Below are positions 13,385-24,932 of a stretch of DNA of 64,000 bases, one piece after another (position 1 is the first letter of the stretch; every line of letters starts with the position of its first letter). The stretch comes from Lama guanicoe (Eukaryota). Below the pieces are notes generated by a model. The model was given only the letters and a program-made list of their open reading frames with translations. It ran no database searches and was not told the DNA's origin. The stretch is taken from NCBI GenBank assembly GCA_013239625.1, contig MU053881.1, forward strand, positions 10,191,957-10,255,956. Reading direction: 5' to 3'. The position numbers and the translations under genes are program-made.

Positions 13385-13699
13385 TAATTTAGGGCAATGA
13401 AACTACTCTGAATGATACTATAATGGTGGATACATGTCATTATACGTTAGTCCAAATCCATAGAACGCACAACACCAAGAGTGAATCCTTGTGTGAGCTG
13501 TGGGCTTTGGGTGGTAATGATGTGTTAATGTACATTCATCAACTGTAACAAAAGTACCACTCTAGTGGGGGACCGTGACAACAGGGGAGGCTATACACAC
13601 GTGGGAACAGTAGGTAAAAGAGAAGTCTCTGTACCTTCCACTCGACTTTGCTGTAAACCTAAAAATGCTCTCAAAAATAAAGTCTATAAAAAAAAAAAA
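13385..13699 (+). mobile_element. L1MC1/2-type 3' end with poly(A)
   Basis: tttagggcaatgaaactactctg...ggatacatgtcattatac...gctgtaaacctaaaaatgctctcaaaaataaagtctat followed by an A-tail. Confidence 0.9.
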
Positions 13700-13811
13700 G
13701 AAAGGAAGGAAGGTGGGAAGGAAGGAAGGAAGGAAGGAAGGAGGAAAGGAAGAAAGGAAGAAAGGAAGAAAGGAAGGAAGAAAGGAAGAAAGGAAGAAAG
13801 AAAGAAAGAAA
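13700..13811 (+). repeat. Degenerate (GGAA/GAAA)n purine microsatellite grown from the L1 poly(A) tail
   Basis: Read directly from the sequence. Confidence 0.95.
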
Positions 13812-14158
13812 CCCATCTGTAAAACCACTGATCTGGTCTAAAGGAAGAAATAATCCTAGAGAGGATGAATGCCTTGCCTCTGGTCATTCTGCTCGTAAGT
13901 GTCATAACCTATGAGCTTCCTGAGATTGTGAATTCAATACTGTTCTAAAGCACAACTGCATTTTACAAGATGGCAAAGGCAATGATCTTTGCATTGTGTG
14001 AAAGGCTTCTAAATCTCACACCAAACATGCACACAGGAAATGAGCCTCCTTCCTCCTCCTCCTCAAGTGTTTCTTCCATAGTGCCTTATTGTCACGCAAA
14101 CAGTCGAGCCTTAAGGTTGAAACTCAACTTTCAGGAGAGTCTTATTAAATTGCAAATA

Positions 14159-14674
14159 TGTTACATAGTTGGAATAAAACATTACTTGTATGGTAAATAT
14201 GAACACACTGACACCTAAAAATGGTGTTTACCATCTGCTCCCACAAGTATTAAGTCAGTAGCCACTGCAGCCACTGACCTTTCACAAATCCAGAAAGGAG
14301 TTCAGGGTAGGGACAGGGAATGGGGCCCTCCGTGCTCTGGGAAAATTGGCAGAACAGGCTTTCAAATAGTTAGATACTTTCAGGAGAACATTTTTTATGA
14401 ACCCAAACTCTTGCATTTTCCCATACTTCAAAAAGCACTAAGACCATTCACTAAGATGTCTGTTCCTTGTGACTAGCAGCAACCTTCTAGCAAGATGTGT
14501 GCCTGTCTTCATGCACACCCCTCTCCGAAGTCACAGATACAGTGACCTCCCCTCTACCTCTCCAGAGCAGTTCCTCAGAGCTCTCTGAGAGGCTGTCTCC
14601 CAGGCTGTCATCCTCAAATAAAACCGAACTCAGCTCTCACATTGAATTCTTTTTTTTTTCCCCAGTTGTCAACG
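14159..14674 (+). mobile_element. ERV1-like solo LTR
   Basis: TGTTAC start, AATAAA at ~14617, end gttgtcaacg (diverged CA). Flanks aata/cata are a possible 4-bp TSD with one mismatch. Shares its core with the LTR at 3.3-3.6 kb. Confidence 0.7.
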
Positions 14675-16264
14675 CATAGGTTGAAAAGGGGAGAAGAGAA
14701 TAAAGCATGAGTAAGGGTTGGGAGAACAGCAGTAGGAACAAGTATGTCTGGAGAGGGTGACACAGGTTTGAGAAGGAGTTTCGCAGACTGGGAGTATCAG
14801 AAGACCCTGCAAGGATGGAGGGTACACAGACACACACACATAACCTAGGGCAGAAGTCCTGCAGATATTCTTAATAGCAATAAATGAATAAACAAATTTA
14901 TTGGGACCTATCTTATAACAAGAACATAATAAATAGCTAAATAGTTATAGACTTCTCACGTAACAAGTATTTCTTTGTTAAATGAGATATTTGCATTTTT
15001 CAGTGAATAGATGTCCCTCTGTTGTATTGAGAAAGAGACAGAACAAACATAACATATATAAACAGAAACCCTTTCTAGAGTTAGAAGAATTAAATTTAAA
15101 ACACAGAATGATGAAAACTTTTTTTTTTAATTGGCATTTTAGTTCTTTCTCTGCCAAAGAAGAGGACCAGGTCATAGTGAGAGCAAATCAACCATTGAGA
15201 ACAAGCAACAGATAATTAGTATTTACATACATTTTAAAATTCTTAGACACTCATTGAATGATTATGCTTTGACTTTATGGGCTGATTTCTTGTGACATAC
15301 TATAGATTTAAGCCAATATAGTGTATAGCTGGGAAATGATGAGTTTCCTGGGATTGTGATTTTGGTATTATTATGAGACACAACCTCGTTTTGCAAGGTG
15401 GCACAAGAAATACGTTTCTTGTGTGGAATGTTTCTGAAACTCATAAAAAATGCATGTATGAACGCAGACCATGTCCATCTGCTATTCCTGTGATTAAAGT
15501 TTAGTATCATTCAACTTAATCGACATTTTTGAGGGGACATATCATAGTGCTGTGAGGCTTGAGGTTTGGGTATTTTAGGAAGAAAGCACACACACAAATG
15601 TTAAGGACAAAAGTGCACGCCCGTATCATGAATGCTGTAGGAGAGATGGTTGGGGTTGACAGAAAGGAGAGTTCCACGCTTCCTCTATCTAATGGAATGA
15701 GCAGCCCCAGGAGGAATGGCCGCAAACTGAGTTTTTAATAATGAGAACCATCGATTCTAGCAGACAGGGAGGGAGAGTCGGTCCTGGGCATGAAAATGTT
15801 TATGAGCAAATTCAAATGACTTTATGAGGAGGTAAGGCAGGGGGAAGCAGGCAAGTTAACCTGACTATAATTGAGAGGCTGGGTCTGCTGGGGGTGAACA
15901 ACACGAAGGAAGAGGATGTGGTGGTAGTGTCCTGAATTCCTGGAGCAAGGAAGACAAACGTGCCCCGAAAGTTAACTCTGTTGGTATTTTTGGTTGAACT
16001 CAATTGTTTCTTGCAACCAGTAGATCTTTTCTACACCGCAGAGGTTTGAGAATGTGAGACGGGGTGCTGCATAATTAGAACAGGACCTAATGCGCTAGAC
16101 TACTTTTTAAAAAAAAATGAAAAATTACTCTAGATTATTTAATTACTTGAGAAGTTACTTAGAAACCAACGCTGTGTTCATAGGAACAGTAACTCAGATG
16201 TAGTTCTGAGCAAACAGGATCATGCTACTCCCATGCTCTTTTTAAGGGAACTTCAGAAAAACCC

Positions 16265-16620
16265 AAGCTCTTTAGCTGGGTTTTCAAGCTCCTCCATCAT
16301 CTGACCCCCGGTGACCCCTCCTTGCTCCTTTTTTTCCATTTCTTTATCTGAATTACTTTCACTTCTCTTTGGAGATGTGGTTCAGAGGTTGACTCCTTTG
16401 GGAAGACATTTATGAATGCTCCTCACTCCCCATGGGGCTTTGTTCCTTCTTAGTATTCCCATCAAAACCTACACATGTTTCCATCACTGTATTTTCTGCA
16501 TTGCTGTGTATTACCTGTTAATGTGTCACTTGCTCCCCTAGACTAGCCTGCTTATCATTGTGTCCTCAATCCCCAGCACAAAAGCTTCCATAGATTCAAT
16601 ATTCAGTATTTACTTGAGCT
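16265..16620 (+). mobile_element. L2 fragment
   Basis: Pyrimidine-rich body ending ccccagcacaaaagcttccatagattcaatattcagtatttacttga. Confidence 0.55.
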
Positions 16621-16989
16621 AAGGAGAGTAATACCCACGAATAGCTTTGAGTTTTTCTTTAGGTAAATGACCCTTGTGTGGTGATCATGTTTTATGCAGT
16701 TGATTATTTATTGAACTCTCACTCATACTTTTGGAATTTAATTAGATCAAGTTATTTTTATAAGGTTAAATATGATATTATTTTATTACACAATTTAATT
16801 ACACATTTAAAAGAGCAACCCGTGGAATGTTCAAGAAACACTGGCATTTAAATGTATATAGTAGGTTCTTACAGCATTGTCTACGAAGCGCTTTTGGTCT
16901 GGAGATCACCCCTCAACCTTCATTCCATCCATCCACATGGTTATTTTAAGAACTGTTAGCTTGGCTGTCGTGAAAGCCCCATCATATCA

Positions 16990-17401
16990 CTACAGTTGAG
17001 TACTTAAATTCAGGCATTTCACCTGAGCAACAATACGAGTCCCTCCCTAGGAATTCTGGAGCTGAAACAGAATACGTGGCTGTCTCTTTTGGAGAGCCTA
17101 AACTAGAAGATGGGATTTTGGCCAACTAGATTTCTTCCCACAAGGACCAAGGAAGCACAGAAAATCCTTTACAGAGAGAAAGAGAAGACTAGCTCTGATC
17201 ACTGGAGAGAAGAGACAAAATACGGAAACCGCATTTCAAACATGTTTGAGTTCCTCGTTTCAGTAATTCGTGAGGTCCAGCCATACTCTTGTTCTTGGGT
17301 TTCATTAGTGACCTTAAGTATCCTTACAATAAATCTATACCTTTGCTTAAGTCCGTTTCAGTTGGAGATCTCTCACTTGCAACAAAGACCTAATTATTAC
17401 A
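16990..17401 (+). mobile_element. ERVL/MaLR LTR (LTR33- or MLT1J/K-like)
   Basis: 3' end ccttacaataaatctatacctttgcttaagtccgtttcagttgga...cacttgcaacaaagacctaattattaca. Confidence 0.65.
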
Positions 17402-18319
17402 ATATACTAGACAGGGTCCAAGTTTCTCTTCAGTTATGCATTTCAATTATTTTTCTGATACATGACACATTTTCTTAAAATATTTCAATTGGGTAATTGC
17501 AAACTTTATTCTGGTAACTAATTAGTGAAAAATCAAGGTCTGTGAAAAACAACCATTCCTACACTGCATGTGTAAAGAAGGAAATTAGAGGCAATTTAGA
17601 ATTGTAGAAGCATAGAGTGAGTGAAGTCCAAACTCCTAATGTGAATGCTCTTTTTGTTCTAAAAACTCATTTAAAATAGTAGATCCTCAGTGGCAACTAA
17701 CATTAAAAGGAAGGGAAAAAAACATTTTTCCTCCATTTAAAGACAAAATGTATTTGGAAATTTTTGTCCAATTTCATGTTTTCCTAATTCACCCAGGATT
17801 TTTCCCATCATCTCGTCATCTTATTTGGGTGGTGATTAGAGATTTTTGTGAAGACTAATTCCAGTAATAATCATTCTTCTTTGTCGCTGGAGAGCACTTC
17901 CCTCCTCAATGCACCTCACAAACATTTCTTGATTAGACCTTCCCACGGTTCTTGGAAGGAAATTGGGTGATATTGTCCGTGACTGCATGGTCTCTGAGGA
18001 AACTCTCTACTGGGATAAACCAATTATAAAGACAGGAAGAATATTTATCAGCCAAAGGATAGAAATCACAACATCCTGAAAGTCTTACTCATCAAACAGG
18101 AAGTCACTGCCAAATGAACATTGAGCTAATTCCCTAATGAAGCTCTGGCTGTGATTATAAGATGATAGCAACAAAGACTTACAGTACAGCCAGTAGATTT
18201 TTTAATATTTCTTTGTGGCTAAGTATTCAAACATTTTTAATTTCAAGACAATATTGATTTATACAAACTCTGCTTTAGGTTGAATCCGACTGCCAACAAA
18301 CTCCATATAAGCAAACTTA

Positions 18320-18430
18320 TGTGTGTGTGTGTGTATGTGTGTGTGTGTGAGACAGAGAGAGAGAGAGAAAGAGGAGAGAGAGAGGAAGAGGGAGAGGTGG
18401 AGGAGGATGAGACGGAGAAGGAGGAGAAGG
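18320..18430 (+). repeat. Compound (TG)n-(GA)n-(GAG)-rich microsatellite
   Basis: Read directly from the sequence. Confidence 0.95.
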
Positions 18431-18695
18431 CAGCAGTAAGAAATATCAGGGTCACATTATACTTATTTTTTGATGAACACATATTAGTCTAGGTTGGGTG
18501 ATGAGGGTAAATGTAAGTTTTATTATCTAATAATGATGGTATGTTAATACTATATATTGTTCAATTATATTGCACTATTGCTCAATATAATTTTTTTCTT
18601 CTCCCTATTTAGAGGTCAGATATGTAGAGATGAATTATATAGCATGACATAAATTTTGCATTATGCGTAACTAGGCAACAGTTATTTTATAAATA

Positions 18696-18940
18696 CAGTT
18701 GACCTCTGAACAACTGGGTGGTTGGGGCACCAACCATTTGCACAGTCAAAAATCCATGAATAACTTATAATCAGTCCTTCGTATAAGTGGTTCCCCTGTA
18801 TGTGCAGTTCCTCTGTATCCGAGCTTCTGGATATGTGGATTCAACCATGCGGACTGTGTAGCTCTGTAGCATTTACTACTGAAAAATTTGCATATAAATG
18901 GACCTATGCAGTTTAAATTCATGTTGTTCAAGGGCCAGTG
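18696..18940 (+). mobile_element. MER8/Tigger2-derived MITE (TcMar-Tigger)
   Basis: Terminal inverted repeats cagttgacctctgaacaac / gttgttcaagggccagtg, preceded by TA; internal gtggattcaacc. Confidence 0.85.
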
Positions 18941-19985
18941 GGATATGTTAAGTCTTCATACATAAATACACACATATAAAGTGGTAAGAAAAATCGCACC
19001 CTTATTTTAAGCATGACAATAGGGGGCCACACTTACTAACTCATGTGATTATTCAAACGTTCTCTTGAATAATATGGAACATTTTAGACCTTGGGTTAGA
19101 TTATGGTAACTCCATACTAAGCAAAGAGAAGGCAAATGTGCAAATACAAATAAATGGATCTTCCATGTAGTAAGATAGGGTGAGGTGGCTTACCCTTTGC
19201 TTTTATCAGATACATTCAATCACTGTTACTGAGAAAAATGATTGTCAAAGAAGAGACTGAAAAACTAACCAAGTCAATAATGCCATTTTCAGTTGCATTT
19301 CAGATTTTTAGGACTGTAGTCAGTAAAACAGAGCTTAACAAATATTAGGAGGAAGCCACTTTAAAGAGTTTAGAAGGACCACAATGGATCTTCTCCAATC
19401 TGCACGGCAGACATGAGTCGATTAGCAATCTGGAGTGATCTCTACAAGTTATCTGATCTTTCCTGCATTACATGGTCCTGCACTGTTGGCAACACGGGAA
19501 GTTCCAGATGCTTATTGAGGAAGGGTGTGAGTGCAAACTCAGACAACTCTAGCTGAGTTTAATCTACGAAATCAATGTTCTAAAGAGGTTGGTTTGACCC
19601 CTGCTTTAGAAACGGTGGTCACACTTCTCTGTTGGGTATTCTGTTACTTGCTTAAATATTCAAACTTTTTTATGTCACATCAAAATATTCATGGCTACTA
19701 GCAAAATGTAAGATTCTGGTACAAAAGGCCACATTTGAGGCAGAATTAATAATAAGGTATTACACAAGACAAGAAATTTTTTGCCCTGCAATGGGAGCAA
19801 TACGTTGGCATTTAGCCCTAGAGAGCGTTTTGTGGAGCATTCTACAGAAGCCAAAAATGGCAAGTCTAGAAAAGATATTTTTTTGTTATTATTTACCCAA
19901 GCTAAATTAGATGATGCTCTGTAGACAAATCTCTACAAATCTAACTTCTTCTTCATTCATTGTTATATTTATGGTTGGATGGATG

Positions 19986-20996
19986 GCAAAAAACCCAAAT
20001 AGTTCAATTAAAAAATGGGCAGGGGAACTGAATAGATATTTTTCCAAACATACACATACGAAAAAGATGCACCTGGCCAACAGTTACATGCAAATGTGCT
20101 CAACATCACTTATCATCAGAGAAATGCAAATCAAAATCACAGTGTTGTATCACCTCACACCTGTTTGATGGCTATCATCAAAAAGACAAAAGATAAAAAC
20201 TGTTGGTGGGGATGTGCAGAAAAAGCAACCTTTGTGCATTGTTGGTGAGCAGGTAAACTGGTGCAGCCACCATGGAAAAAACAACTCTGTATGATGTGAA
20301 GTTCCTGAAAAAATTAAAAACAGAACTACCGTATGATTTAGCAATTTCACTCCTGGGTATATATCCAAAGAAATGAAGACAAGATATTGAAGAGAGATCT
20401 GCACTTCCATGTCCATTGCAGCATTATTCACAAGAGCCAAAATACAGAAACAAGCTAAGTGTTCATCAACAGATTAACTGACAAAGAAAATGTGGTATAC
20501 ACACACACACACAATGGAATATTATTCCACCACGAGAAAGAAGGAAATCCTGTCATTTGTACCATGGATGGAACTTGAGGTGTATTAAGCTAAGTGAAAA
20601 AAGACAGAAAAACAAATACTTGGTGGTATCACGTAAATGTAGAATCTAAAACAAAGTCAAACTCTACGAAGAGTAGAAAAATGGTTACCAAGGGATGGGG
20701 GATGAGGGAAACAGGAAGAGGCCGGTAAAAGGGTACAAACTTTCAGCTATAAAATGAATAAGGTCTGAGGATCTAATATATACCTTAGATAGTTGATAAC
20801 ACTATACTGTACAACTGAAATTTGCTAAGAGAGTAGACTTAGTTGTTCATATATATGTATATATCTATAAAATGAGTGATGGAGGTGTTAGATGGCAGGA
20901 GTCCTTTCACAATGTATATATTTATCAAATTATCATGATGTACATTTTAAATATCTTATGACTTTGTTTGCCAGTTTACTTCAACAGAGTTGAAAA
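19986..20996 (+). mobile_element. L1MA-type (L1MA9-like) ORF2 C-terminus plus 3' UTR
   Basis: ORF 19911-20168 contains [14 protein letters not shown]...[23 protein letters not shown], the L1 ORF2 C-terminus. The 3' UTR has gggtacaaactttcagctataaaatgaataag and tttgctaagagagtaga. Confidence 0.92.
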
Positions 20997-22109
20997 GTAT
21001 ACGTATATAGTTTAGTTGATCTGAGAGGTTTGTACTAGGAGTAGATATGAAACACAGTTCTGTTTTTTCAGTACCCGCCTCCCTTTTTCGGAGGAACTGT
21101 TTTCAATGAGTATCTCCATTCTATCTCCATGAGTACCATGGGAAGAATGAATTAATGCAATGTTACTTTTTCCAACTCTCTGGGACTATATTCATTTGTC
21201 CTAGGATATGTAACTAATTCATCCTGGACCAGTAAATCCCTGCCCAAATTTTATTTTGGAAATTATGGAAAGTTAAGCAGGTACTCACTGTACTCTTGTC
21301 AATTTGAACTGAACTGTATGTGCTGAACTTTAATTTTTAGGAAAGGCAGACTGGGTTTAAGTATATTTTTCTAATCAGGTTGCTATTTTGCAAGGATGAA
21401 GTTGTGAATTTTAGCACTTATAATCCAATCACATCATTTGAGGAAGGGTAATAAAGCATGGCTTGTATGATGTATCCAATCAGAGATAAAAACAGGGAAT
21501 ATGATTGTCTTCTATAATTTTGTTATAAATCACAAAATGTGTAATTTTCACCCTAATAAGCAATGAAAGCTTAAGAGAGACAACGTGGTTTGCCATAGTT
21601 GGCTTTTTTTCCTAGGAGACAGCTTAAAAGGAGCAATGAAGCATTTTTATCTGGTTGCTGCTCAAAAACAGGGAGCCTCGACAGTGGAAAGAAATAATCA
21701 TTAACTTCAGAACCTGGATTTCATAGAGAACCGCGTGACCTCCAAATTCAGCGGTAACATGTGCGGTGCTGTTTAGGCAATCTGAAAACAGACTAAGAAG
21801 TGACATTCAGTTGGGACCCAGGGTGCCTCTTTGGAGGGGCTTGACTTCCAGGAATCACATGCTCAACCAACATCAGGTTTGCCCTACTCAAGTCCTTTCG
21901 GAAGAGTCATCTTCTATAATGGAGTTCTTACCATCCTCTAGATCCAGTGGTACATAATTTATGAAGATAATGATGATGACGGCGAAGATGATGATAAAAG
22001 AAAATGGCAATGGAAAGTTGAAATAAAAATGAATGATAAGAGGAGACAAAGGAAGAGAAAAGGAGGAAAATGAGAAAGAAAAAAAAAAAGGAGCAAAGCC
22101 AAATAACCA

Positions 22110-22238
22110 AATGCTGCACCTTGTACTTCATATACACAAGCTCTCTGAATTTTCCTAACTCTGTGAGGTAGTTATTCTTTCCCCCCATTTTACAGATGCA
22201 AAAGTCATGTTCAGAGAGATGAAGAGACTCTCCCAAGC
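22110..22238 (-). mobile_element. MIR (left part; resumes at ~22782-22840)
   Basis: cccattttacagatgcaaaagtcatgttcagagagatgaagagactctcccaag is the antisense MIR core. Confidence 0.75.
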
Positions 22239-22781
22239 TGTACTGGACATGTGCTGTTTCCAATGCTCAGAATTAGTTTCCCCTTCCCACTTTTTTCCCT
22301 AAGAGAGGATTCCAATTTTTCACTCCTGAGCCACTTATCATCCAGTCTTGTTACATGTGCTTGAGTTGGAGCTCCAGGAGACAGCATGTGACCCAGACTT
22401 ATGCTGTCCAGTCAGTTCGTCCCGTTCCTCTGGCCTCAGTTATAGGCTCAGGAATGCACCTCTTAGACTTACAAGACTTTTGTTTGAATTATTGGACCAA
22501 GAGAGCTCCCTTTTCCACTGAGCTTGAACCTGGAAGCATTTAGGATTGGATCATGTCATCAAGTGGAGCCTAAGAATGAAGTCGATGGAAAGAAGAGAGT
22601 TGGATTACAGACAGAGATCGGGTCTTGGTGACATTGTCAAAATCTTGAAGCTAACCATGCCTGAAAACTACATTACTCTGGCAATTTCAGTTATATAAGA
22701 AATAACTTTTTCTGCCAATATTTGTGTGCATGTAAGCCAGTATTATTCTCTAATGGCAGCAGAAAAAAATCCTGTTACATA
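22239..22781 (+). mobile_element. MLT1J/K-type MaLR LTR
   Basis: gcatgtgacccagac...ggtcttggtgacattg...ccatgcctgaaaactac...tttcagttatataagaaataac. Confidence 0.75.
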
Positions 22782-22954
22782 AAGTCAACTAAGGAGCTAG
22801 CGGTAAAAAGCAAATTTTAATGAAGATTCTCTGACTCTACCAGTTATAAATAACAAACCGTACAGCTCCCCAACTTAAAGGAGAATTTATAATGCAAATA
22901 ACATGACTCAATAAGGGGAATGCCCTAATTTTGGTTTGGCTTGTTATAGTGTCA

Positions 22955-23095
22955 ATTTTGTTTCCTCTTTTGAAAATCCAGGATGATAACATTATCTATC
23001 TCATTGGGTTGTTGTAAATACTCAGAGATAATTCATGTAAAATGCCTTGAATAATTACAGGCACATGCTAAATATTTATGTGAGCAGTTGTTGGA
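22955..23095 (+). mobile_element. MIR
   Basis: gtttcctcttttgaaaa...atctatctcattgggttgttgtaaatactcagagataattcatgtaaaatgc. Confidence 0.7.
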
Positions 23096-24824
23096 ATTAT
23101 TCATAATTCTTATAGTCGAGTGTGCCGGAGAGGAACTGTTTTCAAAATTTTCCTTTCTTTTAGATGATAAGAATCATGACGGTATTGTTTACTTGGGACT
23201 TCAGTTTTACCAGTTGTTATCAAAATCAAACAAAAGAGAAAAATAAGAAACGCTAAGTGAAAATGCTTTACACCTTAGACCTTTGTGTAAAAGTTTTATC
23301 TGGACCATTTTTTAAGAAAACATCTTTCAGAAGTTCAGCTCACAACTCTGGTGCTTTGGTCTATCTAGAGTCAAGAAAGCCACCAGAAGAAACTTTTTTA
23401 GGTGTCAACATAGTGATACGAGATTTGGATGAGTTTTGCAACTTTTCCAGACTTTTTTGCATCACTGTACACGACAGACACATCCTCCCACTCTGGTGAT
23501 CATGCTAAATTTAAAGGTTTTTGTTTGGAATCAAGGTGCACAGATAAGGAAAGTAGAAATTGAGTTGTTTCAAGGATAGAGACGGCGCCCGCTAAATGCT
23601 AAGCCAGACCACTCTGAAAAAATGAATGGCCAAATTCATCACACTTATGCCAAGCCCTCCGAATCAATCTGATTCCAGGTGCTCACAGGCAGAATCAAGG
23701 AGAAGAGTAGGAACTACAGGCTGCGAGTAACTCCCATTGGACAGGGACTGCGACATGCCAAAAGGTTCGTGTAAATTCAAAACTGTAAGGCCCAGAGGTG
23801 CGTTGAGAAATACTCTGGTCATATTTTTCAAGTCTTTCCTTGCATTATCAGTGACAATCTGCCAGAGGAAGTGAGTACAAAAACGCTCGACTTAATCTCT
23901 CCCCAAAGCCACAGGTGCAAGCTGATTTCTAGAGCCGGCCTCTAGAGACGCACAAACATATTACAACGGATGTCATTAGACGTACAGAAGGTAGCATAAA
24001 ATGCCTAATTTATTCACAAAGTGACATTTTATTTAGTGCAAATAGGCAATCTGGGCATTTACCGGAGGCACTTTCAGTAATAAAGGGGTGTTACTAAAAC
24101 AGGTTAGAACACCTGACACTGTTGTCTTTGTAACGCAAGTTGCTGCTCTTTGGCTGTGGCAGAATTTAACCATGAAATATACGATGTCTAGTGTTTCAAT
24201 AAACTTCTTAATGAACATAGGCTCCTCCCTAGTCCGACACTACATGATACCTCCCTAGTTATAAGCTGTGGAGGTCAAGTTCCTGTTTATAATTATGCAT
24301 CAGTGTTTCCAGAGTGATTTTTGCATAGGAGTATTTTTTGGAGCTCTGCATTAATTTACTACCACAGTCAAAGGTTAACTACTGTAGTGAATGCTGTGCT
24401 TAGTCGAACACAGGGTCACTGTGTACTTCTGCTGCACTGACAATTTCTATGTGTTGACGGTATCGGGCAATATGGCTTGATAGCGGGGTCATCCTTAAAC
24501 GTTAGCCATCTTATACATTCCCATCGGCCCTCTAAACATTTAATAACTGCTCTATAATTCTAGAGAGTTGCAACTTTTTTTTCTCATCTCCTTATTCTTT
24601 TTTTTATGTCTAAGCTTCCTGCTGAATGTACACAAAGCATATTAGAAATCAAATGACATATTATGACAAGCGACTGTCAAGTGCACAGATTTATCACACA
24701 TGTAACTGAGTCTATTTCTTGTTGAAATTGCAAGAAAAGTCAAGCCTATTCATTCTGCACTCTTCTTGCCAAGCTCAGATTGGATCTAGTTCTCAACTTA
24801 GCCCAAGATCCAAAAAAAATTTCT

Positions 24825-24932
24825 TATCAACTCCTTGAAAGAGAAGGGACTGTATGTCCATCCTTGATTCCTAGAGCCCAGTAGACCTTCTGATACCTAC
24901 AAAGTGCTCAGTATATGTTTCCTGAACTGAGC
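24825..24932 (+). mobile_element. L2 3' end
   Basis: aactccttgaaagagaagggactgt...aagtgctcagtatatgtttcctgaactga. Confidence 0.6.

Noticed and set aside
13562..13905. ORFs rich in K/E/R or F/L/S
   Set aside because: They derive from the L1 tail and the purine microsatellite
19911..20440. ORF with recognisable protein similarity
   Set aside because: Degenerate L1 ORF2 C-terminus and its antisense frame, not a host gene
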